Below are positions 20,762-29,959 of a DNA stretch of 64,000 nucleotides, piece by piece. The stretch is taken from the NCBI GenBank assembly GCA_013360465.1, contig JABWBO010000006.1, forward strand, positions 5,502 through 69,501, read 5' to 3'. A program made the position numbers and the translations under genes. Numbering within the stretch: the first letter of the stretch is position 1; the number at the start of each line of letters is the position of its first letter. The notes below the pieces were generated by a model. The model saw only the letters and a program-made list of their open reading frames with translations, was not told the origin of the DNA and did no database searches. This DNA is from Anaerolineae bacterium (lineage in GTDB: Bacteria > Chloroflexota > Anaerolineae > Aggregatilineales > Phototrophicaceae).

Positions 20762-21862
20762 ATGACTGTGCATCGTCTGGCAATCATCGGGACCGGCAAA
20801 TCGGTCGGGAATCATCTGTCCGCCATCCGTGCGATGGGCGAGCGCGTCGAACTGGTCGCCGCCGTCGATCTTGACGAAGCGCGCGTCCGGGCGATCAGCG
20901 AGGCGAGCGGCATCCCGCGCTGGTACACCGATTCCGCCGCGATGCTGGCAGTGGAACAGCCTGATCTGGTACACATCGTGACGCCGCCCGCCCCGCACAG
21001 GGCGCTGATCCTTCAGGCGTTGGACGCCGGGGCGTGGGTGTTTTGCGAGAAACCGCTCTGCGCCTCACTGGCGGAATTCGACGAGATCACGCGCGCCGAA
21101 GAGCGCACCGGGCGGCACGTCAGCACGGTGTTCCAGTGGCGCTTCGGCTCGGCGGCGAAGCACCTCAAGCGGCTGATTCAGACGCAGGCGCTCGGAAAAC
21201 CGCTGGTCGGCGTCTGCAACACGCTGTGGTATCGCACCCAGGAGTATTATGACGCGCCCTGGCGCGGACGATGGAAGACCGAAGTCGGCGGACCCACCGT
21301 CACCCTGGGGGTGCATCTCGCCGACCTCTTCCTGTGGCTGCTGGACGACTGGAGCGAAGTGACGGCGATGGCGGGCACACTCGACCGGAATATGGAAGTC
21401 GAAGATGTGTCGATGGCGCTGGTCCGCTTCGCCAGCGGCGCGCTCGGCACGATCACCAACAGCGCGCTTTCGCCCCGCCAGGAGACCTACATGCGCCTCG
21501 ATTTCCAGCAGGCAAGCGTGGAAGTCACAGCGCTCTATCGCTATCACAACGAAAACTGGCGGTTCACCCTGCCGGAAGGCATGGAGGACCCGGCGGCGAT
21601 GGCGCAGTGGCAGGCGCTGACCGAGGACGCGCCCGGCAACCACGACGCCCAGCTTCACGATCTGCTGGACTGTCTGGAACGCGGCGTAACACCACCGGTC
21701 AGCGGCGAAGAAGCGCGGCGCATCCTGGAATTCGCCGCCAGCCTTTATAAATCAGCATTCACCGGGAAACGGGTGATGCGCGGCGAAATCACGCCCGATG
21801 ATCCGTTCTATCACGCCATGAACGGCTCGTTCCAGGAGAATTCTCTACATCACCCGATCTGA
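20762..21862 (+). CDS. Gfo/Idh/MocA family oxidoreductase
   Basis: 366 aa with [13 protein letters not shown] (Rossmann motif) and VFCEKPL (EKP motif). Confidence 0.85.
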   Translation: MTVHRLAIIGTGKSVGNHLSAIRAMGERVELVAAVDLDEARVRAISEASGIPRWYTDSAAMLAVEQPDLVHIVTPPAPHRALILQALDAGAWVFCEKPLCASLAEFDEITRAEERTGRHVSTVFQWRFGSAAKHLKRLIQTQALGKPLVGVCNTLWYRTQEYYDAPWRGRWKTEVGGPTVTLGVHLADLFLWLLDDWSEVTAMAGTLDRNMEVEDVSMALVRFASGALGTITNSALSPRQETYMRLDFQQASVEVTALYRYHNENWRFTLPEGMEDPAAMAQWQALTEDAPGNHDAQLHDLLDCLERGVTPPVSGEEARRILEFAASLYKSAFTGKRVMRGEITPDDPFYHAMNGSFQENSLHHPI

Positions 21863-21873
21863 GACACGCCGAC

Positions 21874-22269
21874 TTACGCCAGCGGCGCGAACAGATCGAC
21901 CGGGCTGCCGTCCGGGTCGAGGACCTGGGCGTAACGCTGTCCCCAGAAGGCATCCCAGGGCGCTTTGTGCGCCTCGTAACCCATGCCGGTCAGCCTGGCG
22001 AAAACGGCATCGACCTGCGCCGGACTCTCGCACAGGAACGCCAGCCCCATGCGATGTCCGCCGGCGGGCGGCTGCCAATCTGGCGAGAAGCTGCGAATGA
22101 CTTCCTGGGTGTCCCAGGCGATACGCAGCCCGCCGGGCAGGACCGCCTCGACGTGTCCTTCCTGATCCATCGATGCGGGCAGGTCAAAGCCGAGCTGACG
22201 ATAGAATGCCAGTGACGCCGGCATATCCCGCACGACGATGCCGATCAGGTCCAGCTTTGGAACAATCAT
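21874..22269 (-). CDS. VOC/glyoxalase family protein
   Basis: Start trimmed to ATG 22269 (AGGA 6 nt upstream), giving 131 aa. It has the beta-alpha-beta-beta-beta-type pattern LDLIGIVVRDMPASLAFYRQLGF ... GGHRMGLAF. Confidence 0.78.
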   Translation of the reverse strand: MIVPKLDLIGIVVRDMPASLAFYRQLGFDLPASMDQEGHVEAVLPGGLRIAWDTQEVIRSFSPDWQPPAGGHRMGLAFLCESPAQVDAVFARLTGMGYEAHKAPWDAFWGQRYAQVLDPDGSPVDLFAPLA

Positions 22270-22588
22270 GTCCATTCCTCTCGCAGCGAGGCTCAATCCC
22301 GCCGCCCAGTCTGACGTGATGCAGGACTGAACCACCATCATTGCATCGAATTATAGCGCACAGATAGATAATTTGTTCGCTTTGACGCGCCTCCGGCGCT
22401 TTGCATTACCGGTTTGTCCCGAAAAAACCGGGACATCCGCACCTTCTGCGCAGCCCGGCTCAAGGTTAATGTTAGATGAGAGGCTGGAACATCGAATCCG
22501 CTTGTTCGCCATAGAGACGTCGCAAGTCGAAGGAATTCCAGCCGAAACAGCAGCTCATGTCTTTCAACCTGCTCAGGATGGAATCACG

Positions 22589-23611
22589 ATGAAGAAGCTT
22601 TCGCTAGGTATTCTCTTATGCGTTCTGGTACTCGCTCTTTCCGCAGCCGTATCCGCCCAGGATGATGGCTTGGTGTCGGTCTCCGCTGCCGAAGCGCCCG
22701 CTCTGGACGGCATGTCAGACGACGCAGCCTGGGCAGACGCCCCGGTGATCGAAATCCAGACCCGGCGCGGCGCAAACGAGAGCGCCACGACGATCACGAT
22801 GCAATCGGTCTATACCGACGATATGGTCTACTTCCTGGTCCGCTGGGAAGACCCGACCCAGAGCTATCTGCGCTCCCCCTGGGAAATGCAGCCTGACGGC
22901 ACGTGGGCGCGCCTCCGCGACCCCGATGATCAGGGCGGCGACAACAACCTGTGGTACGAGGACAAGCTGGCGATCATCTGGCCCATCAACGACAGCATCG
23001 AAGACTTTGACGCCGATGGCTGCTTCACCGCCTGCCACCGCTCCGAAGCTGGCGATCCCAAGCCGTTTGGCAACAAGAACACCGAGTCTGAGGGACAGAT
23101 CGGTGACATCTGGCACTGGAAATCGGTGCGCAACCTGTATCAGCTAGACGATCAGTACCTCGACAGCACGCCCTACAGCCCCGACACTCCTGAGGCAGGA
23201 CGCCACAGCGACCCGAAGGACGGCGGCGGCTACAGCGACAACGTTAACGAAGACAAGACGGCTCCGGCGTTCATGCCCCCCGGTGATTTCCCGCGTGATG
23301 GCAGCCCTGGTTTCATCCTGCAGAGCGAAGCCGTGCCGTTCGATGCTTCCCTGTTCCAGCCGGGCGACCGCATCCCCTCCATCGTCATCAGCGAGATCAC
23401 CGGTGACCGCGGCAACATTGCCGCCGGGTGGGTGTGGGCAGATGGCATGTGGACACTGGAATTCGGGCGCGCCCTGGTGACCGGTTCGGAATTCGACGTG
23501 CAGTTCGACGATCTGAGCGCGATCTACCGCTTCGGCATCGCCAACTTCGACAATGCCCAGGTGCGTCACGCTTACGAGGGTGACCCCATCGAATTCAGCT
23601 TCCAACCGTAA
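22589..23611 (+). CDS. Exported EB_dh (ethylbenzene dehydrogenase gamma / cytochrome c-552-like) haem-binding domain protein
   Basis: Start trimmed to ATG 22589. Signal peptide MKKLSLGILLCVLVLALSAAVSAQ. Family-like pattern: LDGMSDDAAWADAPVIEIQT ... MQSVYTDDMVYFLVRWEDPT ... DIWHWKSVRN. It contains C-F-T-A-C-H. Confidence 0.72.
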   Translation: MKKLSLGILLCVLVLALSAAVSAQDDGLVSVSAAEAPALDGMSDDAAWADAPVIEIQTRRGANESATTITMQSVYTDDMVYFLVRWEDPTQSYLRSPWEMQPDGTWARLRDPDDQGGDNNLWYEDKLAIIWPINDSIEDFDADGCFTACHRSEAGDPKPFGNKNTESEGQIGDIWHWKSVRNLYQLDDQYLDSTPYSPDTPEAGRHSDPKDGGGYSDNVNEDKTAPAFMPPGDFPRDGSPGFILQSEAVPFDASLFQPGDRIPSIVISEITGDRGNIAAGWVWADGMWTLEFGRALVTGSEFDVQFDDLSAIYRFGIANFDNAQVRHAYEGDPIEFSFQP

Positions 23612-23632
23612 TCTTACGTTCGTGTGGCGATG

Positions 23633-23664
23633 GCAAACGAGGACTGCGCGCAGTCCTCGTTTGC
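23633..23664 (+). terminator. Perfect 32 nt palindrome (hairpin) after the EB_dh gene
   Basis: GCAAACGAGGACTGCG/CGCAGTCCTCGTTTGC at 23633-23664, 22 nt after the stop codon. There is no clear U-tract, so it may act as an attenuator or processing site rather than a full terminator. Confidence 0.5.
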
Positions 23665-23724
23665 ATTACGCCGAACTGACGCCGGTGTTACAATTCAATC
23701 AGGTCTGGCAGGAAACCCACCCTG

Positions 23725-25116
23725 ATGATGGCAGAGATCAGCGAATTCTTCAGGATCAACCGCATCGTCGTGCTGTTCATCTATGGTCTCACATTCTTCG
23801 TGATGGGGTTTGCCATATTCCTGCGCACCCGACGACACAGCCGGCTGCGTCTGGCGCACGACCTGCGCTGGCTGGCGGTATTCGGAATCGCGCATGGGGT
23901 TCATGAATGGGGCATCATCTTCATCCCGATCCAGGCGGGGTATCTGCCGGAAGCCCTGATCGATCTGCTGCGGTCGGCGCAGTTGGTCCTGCTAGCGGTC
24001 TCGTTCATGTGTCTGTTGATGTTCGGAGCCGTCACCCTGGAACACCGCTACCCAATGCTGAGACCGGCAGTCGTCGCCCTGGCAGGGGTATGGAGCGTCG
24101 GCTATATGCTGGGGGGGTATCTGCTGCCGACGGATGAAAGCTGGTATCTCCTTTCGGATGTCTGGGCGCGCTATCTGCTTGGGTTTCCGGGCAGCCTGAT
24201 CGCCGCTTACGGCTTGCGCTACCAGGCACGGCTTACCATCGCGCCGCTGAAAATCGATAACATCCTCAACGTACTGCGCCTCGCCGGAATCGGACTGATC
24301 GCCTACGCCCTGTTTGGGGGGCTGATCGTTCCCCCGGCAGACTTTCCTCCCGCCAACGTGCTCAACTATGCGCTGTTCGACCAGCAGATCGGCGTCCCGG
24401 TGCAGGTTTTTCGCACGCTGATCGGGCTGCTGCTCGCCATCACCATCATTCGCGCGCTGGAGGTTTTTGAGATCGAACTGGATCGCCTCATCGAGCACAT
24501 GGAGGTCGAGCAGATTCAGGCGGCGGAACGCGAACGCATCGGGCAGGAAATCCACGATGGCGCGATTCAGGGCGTATATTCGGCGAGCCTGATCCTGGAA
24601 TCGATGGAACCGCTCGTACAGGAAGGTTCGGAAGCAGAGAGGCGACTGCTTCAGGCGAAAAATGTCCTCAACGCCCTCAACACCGATCTGCGCAGCTACA
24701 TGGTCTCGCTGCGCGATCCCTCGCCGGCTGACCCCCTGGTTCCGAGTTTACGGCAGTTGTTCGGTAATCCACGCTTCAAAGGACTGCTCGACATCGAACT
24801 GACCTACGAGTCCTCACCCAATTTCAAACCGGTACAGGTCCGTCACATTCTGGCGATTGTGCAGGAATGTCTGTCCAACACCCTGCGCCATGCGCGAGCG
24901 CGGCAGGTCCAGGTGCAGATTCGCCGCGCCGATGGCGTCTTCACGCTCACGCTGGAAGATGACGGGTACGGTTTCGCAGTCGAAACCACGCCTGCCGGTT
25001 ACGGGCTTCGATCCATGCGCGACCGCGCCCGCCTGATCGGTGGGCAGATGGAGATCGCAAGTCAGCCGGGCAAAGGCACAAAAGTCACCCTTTCCCTGCC
25101 GGAAGAGAAGTCATGA
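23725..25116 (+). CDS. Sensor histidine kinase (HisKA_3 / NarL-partner class) with a polytopic membrane N-terminal domain
   Basis: 463 aa with about 6-7 TM segments in the first 230 aa. It has the H-box ERERIGQEIHDGAIQ and an ATPase region with LEDDGYGF and GYGLRSMRDRARLIGG. Confidence 0.88.
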   Translation: MMAEISEFFRINRIVVLFIYGLTFFVMGFAIFLRTRRHSRLRLAHDLRWLAVFGIAHGVHEWGIIFIPIQAGYLPEALIDLLRSAQLVLLAVSFMCLLMFGAVTLEHRYPMLRPAVVALAGVWSVGYMLGGYLLPTDESWYLLSDVWARYLLGFPGSLIAAYGLRYQARLTIAPLKIDNILNVLRLAGIGLIAYALFGGLIVPPADFPPANVLNYALFDQQIGVPVQVFRTLIGLLLAITIIRALEVFEIELDRLIEHMEVEQIQAAERERIGQEIHDGAIQGVYSASLILESMEPLVQEGSEAERRLLQAKNVLNALNTDLRSYMVSLRDPSPADPLVPSLRQLFGNPRFKGLLDIELTYESSPNFKPVQVRHILAIVQECLSNTLRHARARQVQVQIRRADGVFTLTLEDDGYGFAVETTPAGYGLRSMRDRARLIGGQMEIASQPGKGTKVTLSLPEEKS

Positions 25117-25781
25117 TGCAACCTTTGACGATCATCCTGGTGGACGATCACGAAGTTGTGCGTATGGGGTTGAGGCTGCTGCTGGAACAGATTCCCGAAA
25201 CCCGCATCGTCGCAGAAGCCGGTACAGCCGCGGACGGCGTTCGCCTGTGCAGCCTTCACCAGCCCGATGTCGTGATCATGGATATCCGCATGCCGCCGGG
25301 TGACAGCGGCATCGAAGCGTGCCGCGCTATCGTAGAGCGGCAGCCGGGGACCCAGGTGATCATGCTCACTTCATACGCCGACGACGAACTGATCGCCGAT
25401 GCCATCCGCGCCGGTGCGGTGGGCTACGTGCTGAAGCAGGGCGGCACGGGCGAACTCATTCGCGCGTTGGACGCGGTGCGGCAGGGCGCAGCACTGCTGG
25501 ACCCGGCAATCACACGGCGCGTCCTGGCGATGATGCGCCAGCGCGGCGACACCAGACACGATCCGTTCAATGAGCTTACCGACCGGGAAATCGATGTGCT
25601 CAGGCTGCTGGCAGAGGGCAAAAACAACGCCGAAATCGCGGCGGCGCTGGTCCTGAGTGACAAAACCGTTCGCAATCATATCAGCGTCATCCTGGACAAG
25701 CTGCACGTCGGGAACCGTGTCGAAGCGGCGACGTTCGCCATCGATCATGATATTCGCAGCTATCGTTCCTCTGCGCCATAA
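25113..25781 (+). CDS. Response regulator, NarL/LuxR family
   Basis: 222 aa. The receiver domain has LVDDH, DVVIMDIRMP and LTS. The C-terminal LuxR HTH is LTDREIDVLRLLAEGKNNAEIAAALVLSDKTVRNHISVILDKL. Its start overlaps the kinase stop (ATGA). Confidence 0.92.
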   Translation: MMQPLTIILVDDHEVVRMGLRLLLEQIPETRIVAEAGTAADGVRLCSLHQPDVVIMDIRMPPGDSGIEACRAIVERQPGTQVIMLTSYADDELIADAIRAGAVGYVLKQGGTGELIRALDAVRQGAALLDPAITRRVLAMMRQRGDTRHDPFNELTDREIDVLRLLAEGKNNAEIAAALVLSDKTVRNHISVILDKLHVGNRVEAATFAIDHDIRSYRSSAP

Positions 25782-25819
25782 GCACGGGAAAGCGACACGG
25801 CACCATCGGTAGAATCAAA

Positions 25820-25845
25820 AAACTGCCCCGTTTCGGGGGCAGTTT
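25820..25845. terminator. Bidirectional intrinsic terminator
   Basis: AAACTGCCCC (25820-25829), 6 nt loop, GGGGCAGTTT (25836-25845). It is flanked by an A-run upstream and T-rich sequence downstream, and lies between the convergent response regulator and csp genes. Confidence 0.7.
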
Positions 25846-25879
25846 GGGGTTCGATGGAAGATGAAGAAGCGGGCGTCGG

Positions 25880-26095
25880 TTAGCGGTTCAGCACCGTAAC
25901 GCTGCTCGCCTGCTTGCCTTTCTTACCCTGGGTGATTTCGAATTCCACTTTCGCGCCTTCATCGAGCGAGCGGAAGCCGGCACCGACGATTTCGGAGAAG
26001 TGGACGAACAGGTCTTCCCCGCCTTCATGCGAGATAAACCCGAAACCCTTTTCCGCGTTGAACCACTTGACTGTACCTTGCGTACGCGCTGCCAT
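25880..26095 (-). CDS. cspA: Cold-shock protein (CspA family)
   Basis: 71 aa. [30 protein letters not shown] carries the RNP1 (KGFGFI) and RNP2 (VFVHF-like) motifs. An AGGAG RBS is present. Confidence 0.95.
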   Translation of the reverse strand: MAARTQGTVKWFNAEKGFGFISHEGGEDLFVHFSEIVGAGFRSLDEGAKVEFEITQGKKGKQASSVTVLNR

Positions 26096-26673
26096 GTTGT
26101 TTCACTCCTGAAACATAAGAGGTCTGCAATAGCCTTTTCACCGCACAACATTCCAGATATTTCAGGAAGCTTACGCGACACACACGAGGATCACAGAAGG
26201 GCTTTGGGGGGTACAGCGATCCGTTTTCTCGTAGAAAGTCTACAGGTGTTTAACCAGGGCACCGATGTGAACGAGACACAATTGTCTTCTTTTTTCACAT
26301 TGCTTCAGAAGCATATCACGAAGTCTGGTGGTTGGCGAGAGTGAATATTCGATCAGCCTCGCCATTTCTCGTTTTCTTTACAGGGGGTCAGAACAAGAGT
26401 ACACTGAAGAGAGGGCAGTGCTGATTTTCAGACTGCGCCGTCCGCTCCTCCTATTCACGTTCGATGAAGCCGGTTGGTTTCCCGCCATCCTGTTCGAGAA
26501 TTCAGGTTTTTCGGTTCGTCGAACCCAAAGCCACGGGTCAGTTCTCCATTACTCATGATGAATGCGGCGCACCGGTCATGGAGAGTCGTTTTCATTCCTG
26601 TGAGTATCGTCCAACGGGCAGGTTCCCGCCTTTTCCAGGGTCCGGGACTCGATCCCCAAATGAGAGGTGTCTC

Positions 26674-27015
26674 TTGGCTCAAAGACTGTATGTCGGCAAC
26701 CTGCCTTACAACACCACCGAAGCCCAGCTTCGCGATCTGTTCGCGAAAGTCGGGGATATCAAAGAGCTTTTTCTTTCCAGAAATCGCTACACATCGAAGT
26801 CGAATGGGTTCGCATTTGTCGAGATGGCATCCGAGGCGGAAACGCAGAAAGCCATCACCCTTCTGCACGGATATTCCATCGCCGACCGTCCCATGACGGT
26901 ACAGCCCATCGATAGGTCGAGACCGATTGCCTGGACGGGTTCCTCCAGCACCGTCATCTATCGCAAACGGGCGCTTCCTGAGAAAGACACCCCAAATGAC
27001 GACCCACAGTCCTAA
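26674..27015 (+). CDS. RRM-type RNA-binding protein
   Basis: ORF 26464..27015 trimmed to TTG 26674 (GAGAGG 6 nt upstream), giving M-AQRLYVGNLPYNTTEAQLRDLF...NGFAFVEM. This is RNP2 (LYVGNL) plus RNP1 (NGFAFVEM), the usual bacterial Rbp layout starting directly at the RRM. The exact start codon is uncertain. Confidence 0.8.
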   Translation: MAQRLYVGNLPYNTTEAQLRDLFAKVGDIKELFLSRNRYTSKSNGFAFVEMASEAETQKAITLLHGYSIADRPMTVQPIDRSRPIAWTGSSSTVIYRKRALPEKDTPNDDPQS

Positions 27016-27232
27016 GCCGCTCAGCTATCTGGAGTGGATCGCCCTGAAGACGCTGTATGAACATCGAGATCGGCACGCCAGCCCGGTGAAATATGTTGGC
27101 TTGCCCCTCATCATCAAGGCGCTTATCGAGCGCCAGCCCCCGCTGGCGGTGTGGGTCGGGAGAAGCGCCGACAATCAAATCCATATCACTGATGCGGGCA
27201 TTGCAGTGTTCGAGTCGCCAGACGAAGCGTGA
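26996..27232 (+). CDS. Small hypothetical protein (78 aa)
   Basis: ATG at 26996 within ORF 26927..27232. It overlaps the RRM gene 3' end by 20 nt in another frame. I recognise no family and support comes only from ORF length and codon style. Confidence 0.4.
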   Translation: MTTHSPKPLSYLEWIALKTLYEHRDRHASPVKYVGLPLIIKALIERQPPLAVWVGRSADNQIHITDAGIAVFESPDEA

Positions 27233-27268
27233 CGAATGCCCTCGTATCATCGTACGCCGGCAATTCCC

Positions 27269-29935
27269 CTATCTTCCCGGAGAGAGGTAACTCACCATCC
27301 CCTCCAACAGATGCCGTCCCGCCGGGCTGGCGGACAACCCGCTGACCTGATCGCCAGCGCCGCCGGCGAAGCGCAGCGTCGAAGCCAGCGCCACGCCCTC
27401 ACCGATGCGCAGTTCGACCAGATAGTCGGTCAGCATGAACTGCCGGGCGTCCAGGCGGCGCAGGATCGGCATCACCGCGCGCAGATCGGGGAGCGCTGCC
27501 GACAGCGCGGCGCTGTCTAGGGCGTGATCGGTCGCCAGGTGATAGAACTGAAGGTCGGCATAGCCCCGGTGGGGGAATCCTGCCCAGACCGGATGATCGT
27601 AGAGCAGCTTGAGCGACTCGCGCCAGAAGGGGCGCGGCACAGCCGGCAGGTATCCCGGACCGGTCTGGAGCAGGATCGCCCGCCCGCCGCCCCGCACGTA
27701 GTCGATCACCGCCGGGTCAGGGGCGCTCGTCACCAGAAGGTGATCGGTCAGCGCCGCGAAACTGCCCCGGCAGAGATCAAGCGCCGCGTCTGTCCAATCG
27801 CGCAGATCGCCCAGAGCGCCGCCCGGATCATGCCAGGCGACTGACGCCGATACAGCCGATGCCGCCGGGTAAACCCACAGCGTCCAGCGGTTGCGCAGCC
27901 CATCGAGATCGACCTCCAGGGCATATTCTCCTGCGGCATCCGGCGCGCTGAACCCGAACGAGGCGATCTCGCGCGGCGCGCCGCCCACCAGCGGACCTTC
28001 GACCGCGCAGCTTCCTCTCGCTGCCGCCCTGCCGTCGCCATCCAGCAGCCGCCAGCGCAGATCGCCGCCAGGCAGGTCTGCCCCGGCGTGTGCCAGGATG
28101 ATGCGGTAATCAACCGGCGTGCCGGCGGTCAGGTTGAAGCGGTCCATCGGAGCAGGACGGTCGCCGCCGCGCTTCCAAAGCCGCCGGCGTCCCTGCTCTA
28201 ACACCAGTATCGATTCAGCATTGAAGGCACGGAAGGCGTCGGCGTCGTATTTGGTCCGCCCCAGGTCGTCGAACATCGAGGATGTTGCCAGCGGCGTATC
28301 GCGCAGCCCAGTCACTACATAACCACCCATGCCGGAGCGCCCACGCACTTTCTCCAGGATTGTCTTGCGGATGACGAACGACTGCCGACGGGCGATGCGC
28401 TGAAGGTCCTGACCGCTGAAACCCAGGTCGGCGAGCTGGCGCATCCGCTCGTCCTGAAGCGGGTAGCCGAGCGCTTGAAGCGAATGGATCGGGTTCTTCT
28501 CGGTCAGCCACCAGGGCAGCGTCCCGCCCGAAGCGGCGGCGATCTCCTCCAGGTCGCGGTAATCGTCGGCGTCGCAGAATTCCCCGAAGATCCAGGGGCG
28601 CGGCGGACGCCAGTCACGCCGGAAATGATCGACCAGCGGCGTGAAGTAGTGCAGGTCGCAGTAAAAGTGATAGTCGTTGAAGTCGGCGAAGTCGAAACCC
28701 AACCCGCCATAGGCTTCGCCGCTGCCGCTGTTGTCGCACGCCAGCACGCCGCTGGTGCGGCTGCGCAGGATGCCGTTCAACCGGCTGAGCAGGTCGGCGT
28801 TCACCTCGGCGTCCAGCTCGCAGCCCAGGCTGTAGAGGACGATGGACGGGTGGGCGTGAACCCGCGCCAGGATATCGGCATACTCCATCGGAGCCTGCTT
28901 CTCCAGCCGCTCGGTCACATGAGGCAGCCACATCGGCAGTTCCAGCCACAGGAACATCCCTTCCTCGTCGGCGATCTCGAAATAGCGGGGCGAAGGGACG
29001 ACCAGGCAGAGCTTGACCAGATTATAGCCCAGGCTGCGGACGCGCCGGAATTCGTCACGAATTGTCCCCTCGTCAGGTGCGGGACAGAGGGTTTCGGGAT
29101 ACCAGCCCCAGTTGAGAATGCCGCGCAGGATGGCGGGCTGATCGTTGTAGAGCAGCTGATCGCCGTCGCTGGAAAGCGTCCGAAAGCCGAAGGTGCGCCG
29201 CAGGATCGCCTGCGCCGCGCCGCCCGATTCCAGGCGCAGTTCAACGGTATAGAGCGCCGGATCGTCGGGACCCCAAAGGCGCGGCATCTGGACTGTCAGA
29301 TCGGCGTGGACGGCATCGGCTTCGACCGCCCCCAGCCAGATCGCCGCTTCGCGACCGGCAGGGTCGAAGAGCCGGACGACAGCGTTCATCCCCTGCGCAC
29401 CGTGCGCCGCCGCTTCGACATGGACGCGCCCGGTCCCGGCGTCGGGCAGCAGCCAGAGATCGCTGAGCGCTGCACCGGGGAAAGCGGTCAGGCGCGCCCG
29501 TCCCCAGACGCCGCCGAAGGGGATGCAGACATCGGGCAGGAACCCGGCGAGCGACTCGCGCATCGGGAAACGTTCGCCCGGCTTGTAGACGGTCAGTTCG
29601 AGGAGATTTTCCAGACCGGGGCGCAGCGCATCGGTCACATCGAAGGCGAAAGCAGTCCACATGCCGGTGTGTTCACCGACCCTCACGCCGTTCAGGCGCG
29701 CCTCGATGTGATAGCTCAGCGCGTCGAACTGAAGCTGGACGCGCATCCCCTGCCAATCAGCCGGGACAGCGAGGGTGCGCCGGTAGACCGCCGGACCCTC
29801 GACATAGCGTGCATAGCCCTGCGCCTCCCAGACTCCGGGTACGACGATGCTCCCCGACTGCCCGGCAAGGGAGAACTCCCATGTGCCATCGAGCGGCAGG
29901 CTGTGCGATTGAAGCGCGTTGACCCACTGCGTCAT
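27269..29935 (-). CDS. Glycoside hydrolase family 2 protein (beta-galactosidase/glucuronidase/mannosidase-like), specificity unknown
   Basis: 888 aa with no signal peptide. GH2-like N-terminal sugar-binding segment LDGTWEFSL ... AVYRRT. The TIM-barrel segment AHPSIVLYSLGCELD aligns by eye to the NHPS..WS.GNE acid/base region, and PWIFGEFCDA to the nucleophile region. Confidence 0.82.
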   Translation of the reverse strand: MTQWVNALQSHSLPLDGTWEFSLAGQSGSIVVPGVWEAQGYARYVEGPAVYRRTLAVPADWQGMRVQLQFDALSYHIEARLNGVRVGEHTGMWTAFAFDVTDALRPGLENLLELTVYKPGERFPMRESLAGFLPDVCIPFGGVWGRARLTAFPGAALSDLWLLPDAGTGRVHVEAAAHGAQGMNAVVRLFDPAGREAAIWLGAVEADAVHADLTVQMPRLWGPDDPALYTVELRLESGGAAQAILRRTFGFRTLSSDGDQLLYNDQPAILRGILNWGWYPETLCPAPDEGTIRDEFRRVRSLGYNLVKLCLVVPSPRYFEIADEEGMFLWLELPMWLPHVTERLEKQAPMEYADILARVHAHPSIVLYSLGCELDAEVNADLLSRLNGILRSRTSGVLACDNSGSGEAYGGLGFDFADFNDYHFYCDLHYFTPLVDHFRRDWRPPRPWIFGEFCDADDYRDLEEIAAASGGTLPWWLTEKNPIHSLQALGYPLQDERMRQLADLGFSGQDLQRIARRQSFVIRKTILEKVRGRSGMGGYVVTGLRDTPLATSSMFDDLGRTKYDADAFRAFNAESILVLEQGRRRLWKRGGDRPAPMDRFNLTAGTPVDYRIILAHAGADLPGGDLRWRLLDGDGRAAARGSCAVEGPLVGGAPREIASFGFSAPDAAGEYALEVDLDGLRNRWTLWVYPAASAVSASVAWHDPGGALGDLRDWTDAALDLCRGSFAALTDHLLVTSAPDPAVIDYVRGGGRAILLQTGPGYLPAVPRPFWRESLKLLYDHPVWAGFPHRGYADLQFYHLATDHALDSAALSAALPDLRAVMPILRRLDARQFMLTDYLVELRIGEGVALASTLRFAGGAGDQVSGLSASPAGRHLLEGMVSYLSPGR

Positions 29936-29959
29936 CGGACCCTCCCCATGGGCGGCATC

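Noticed and set aside
26096-26673. ORFs 26000..26344 +, 26328..26558 +, 26455..26868 - and the long in-frame extension of the RRM ORF from 26464
   Set aside because: None has a convincing start or RBS, and none has protein-like composition. The RRM domain begins right at the TTG at 26674, as in other bacterial Rbp proteins. I interpret the region as 5' leaders.
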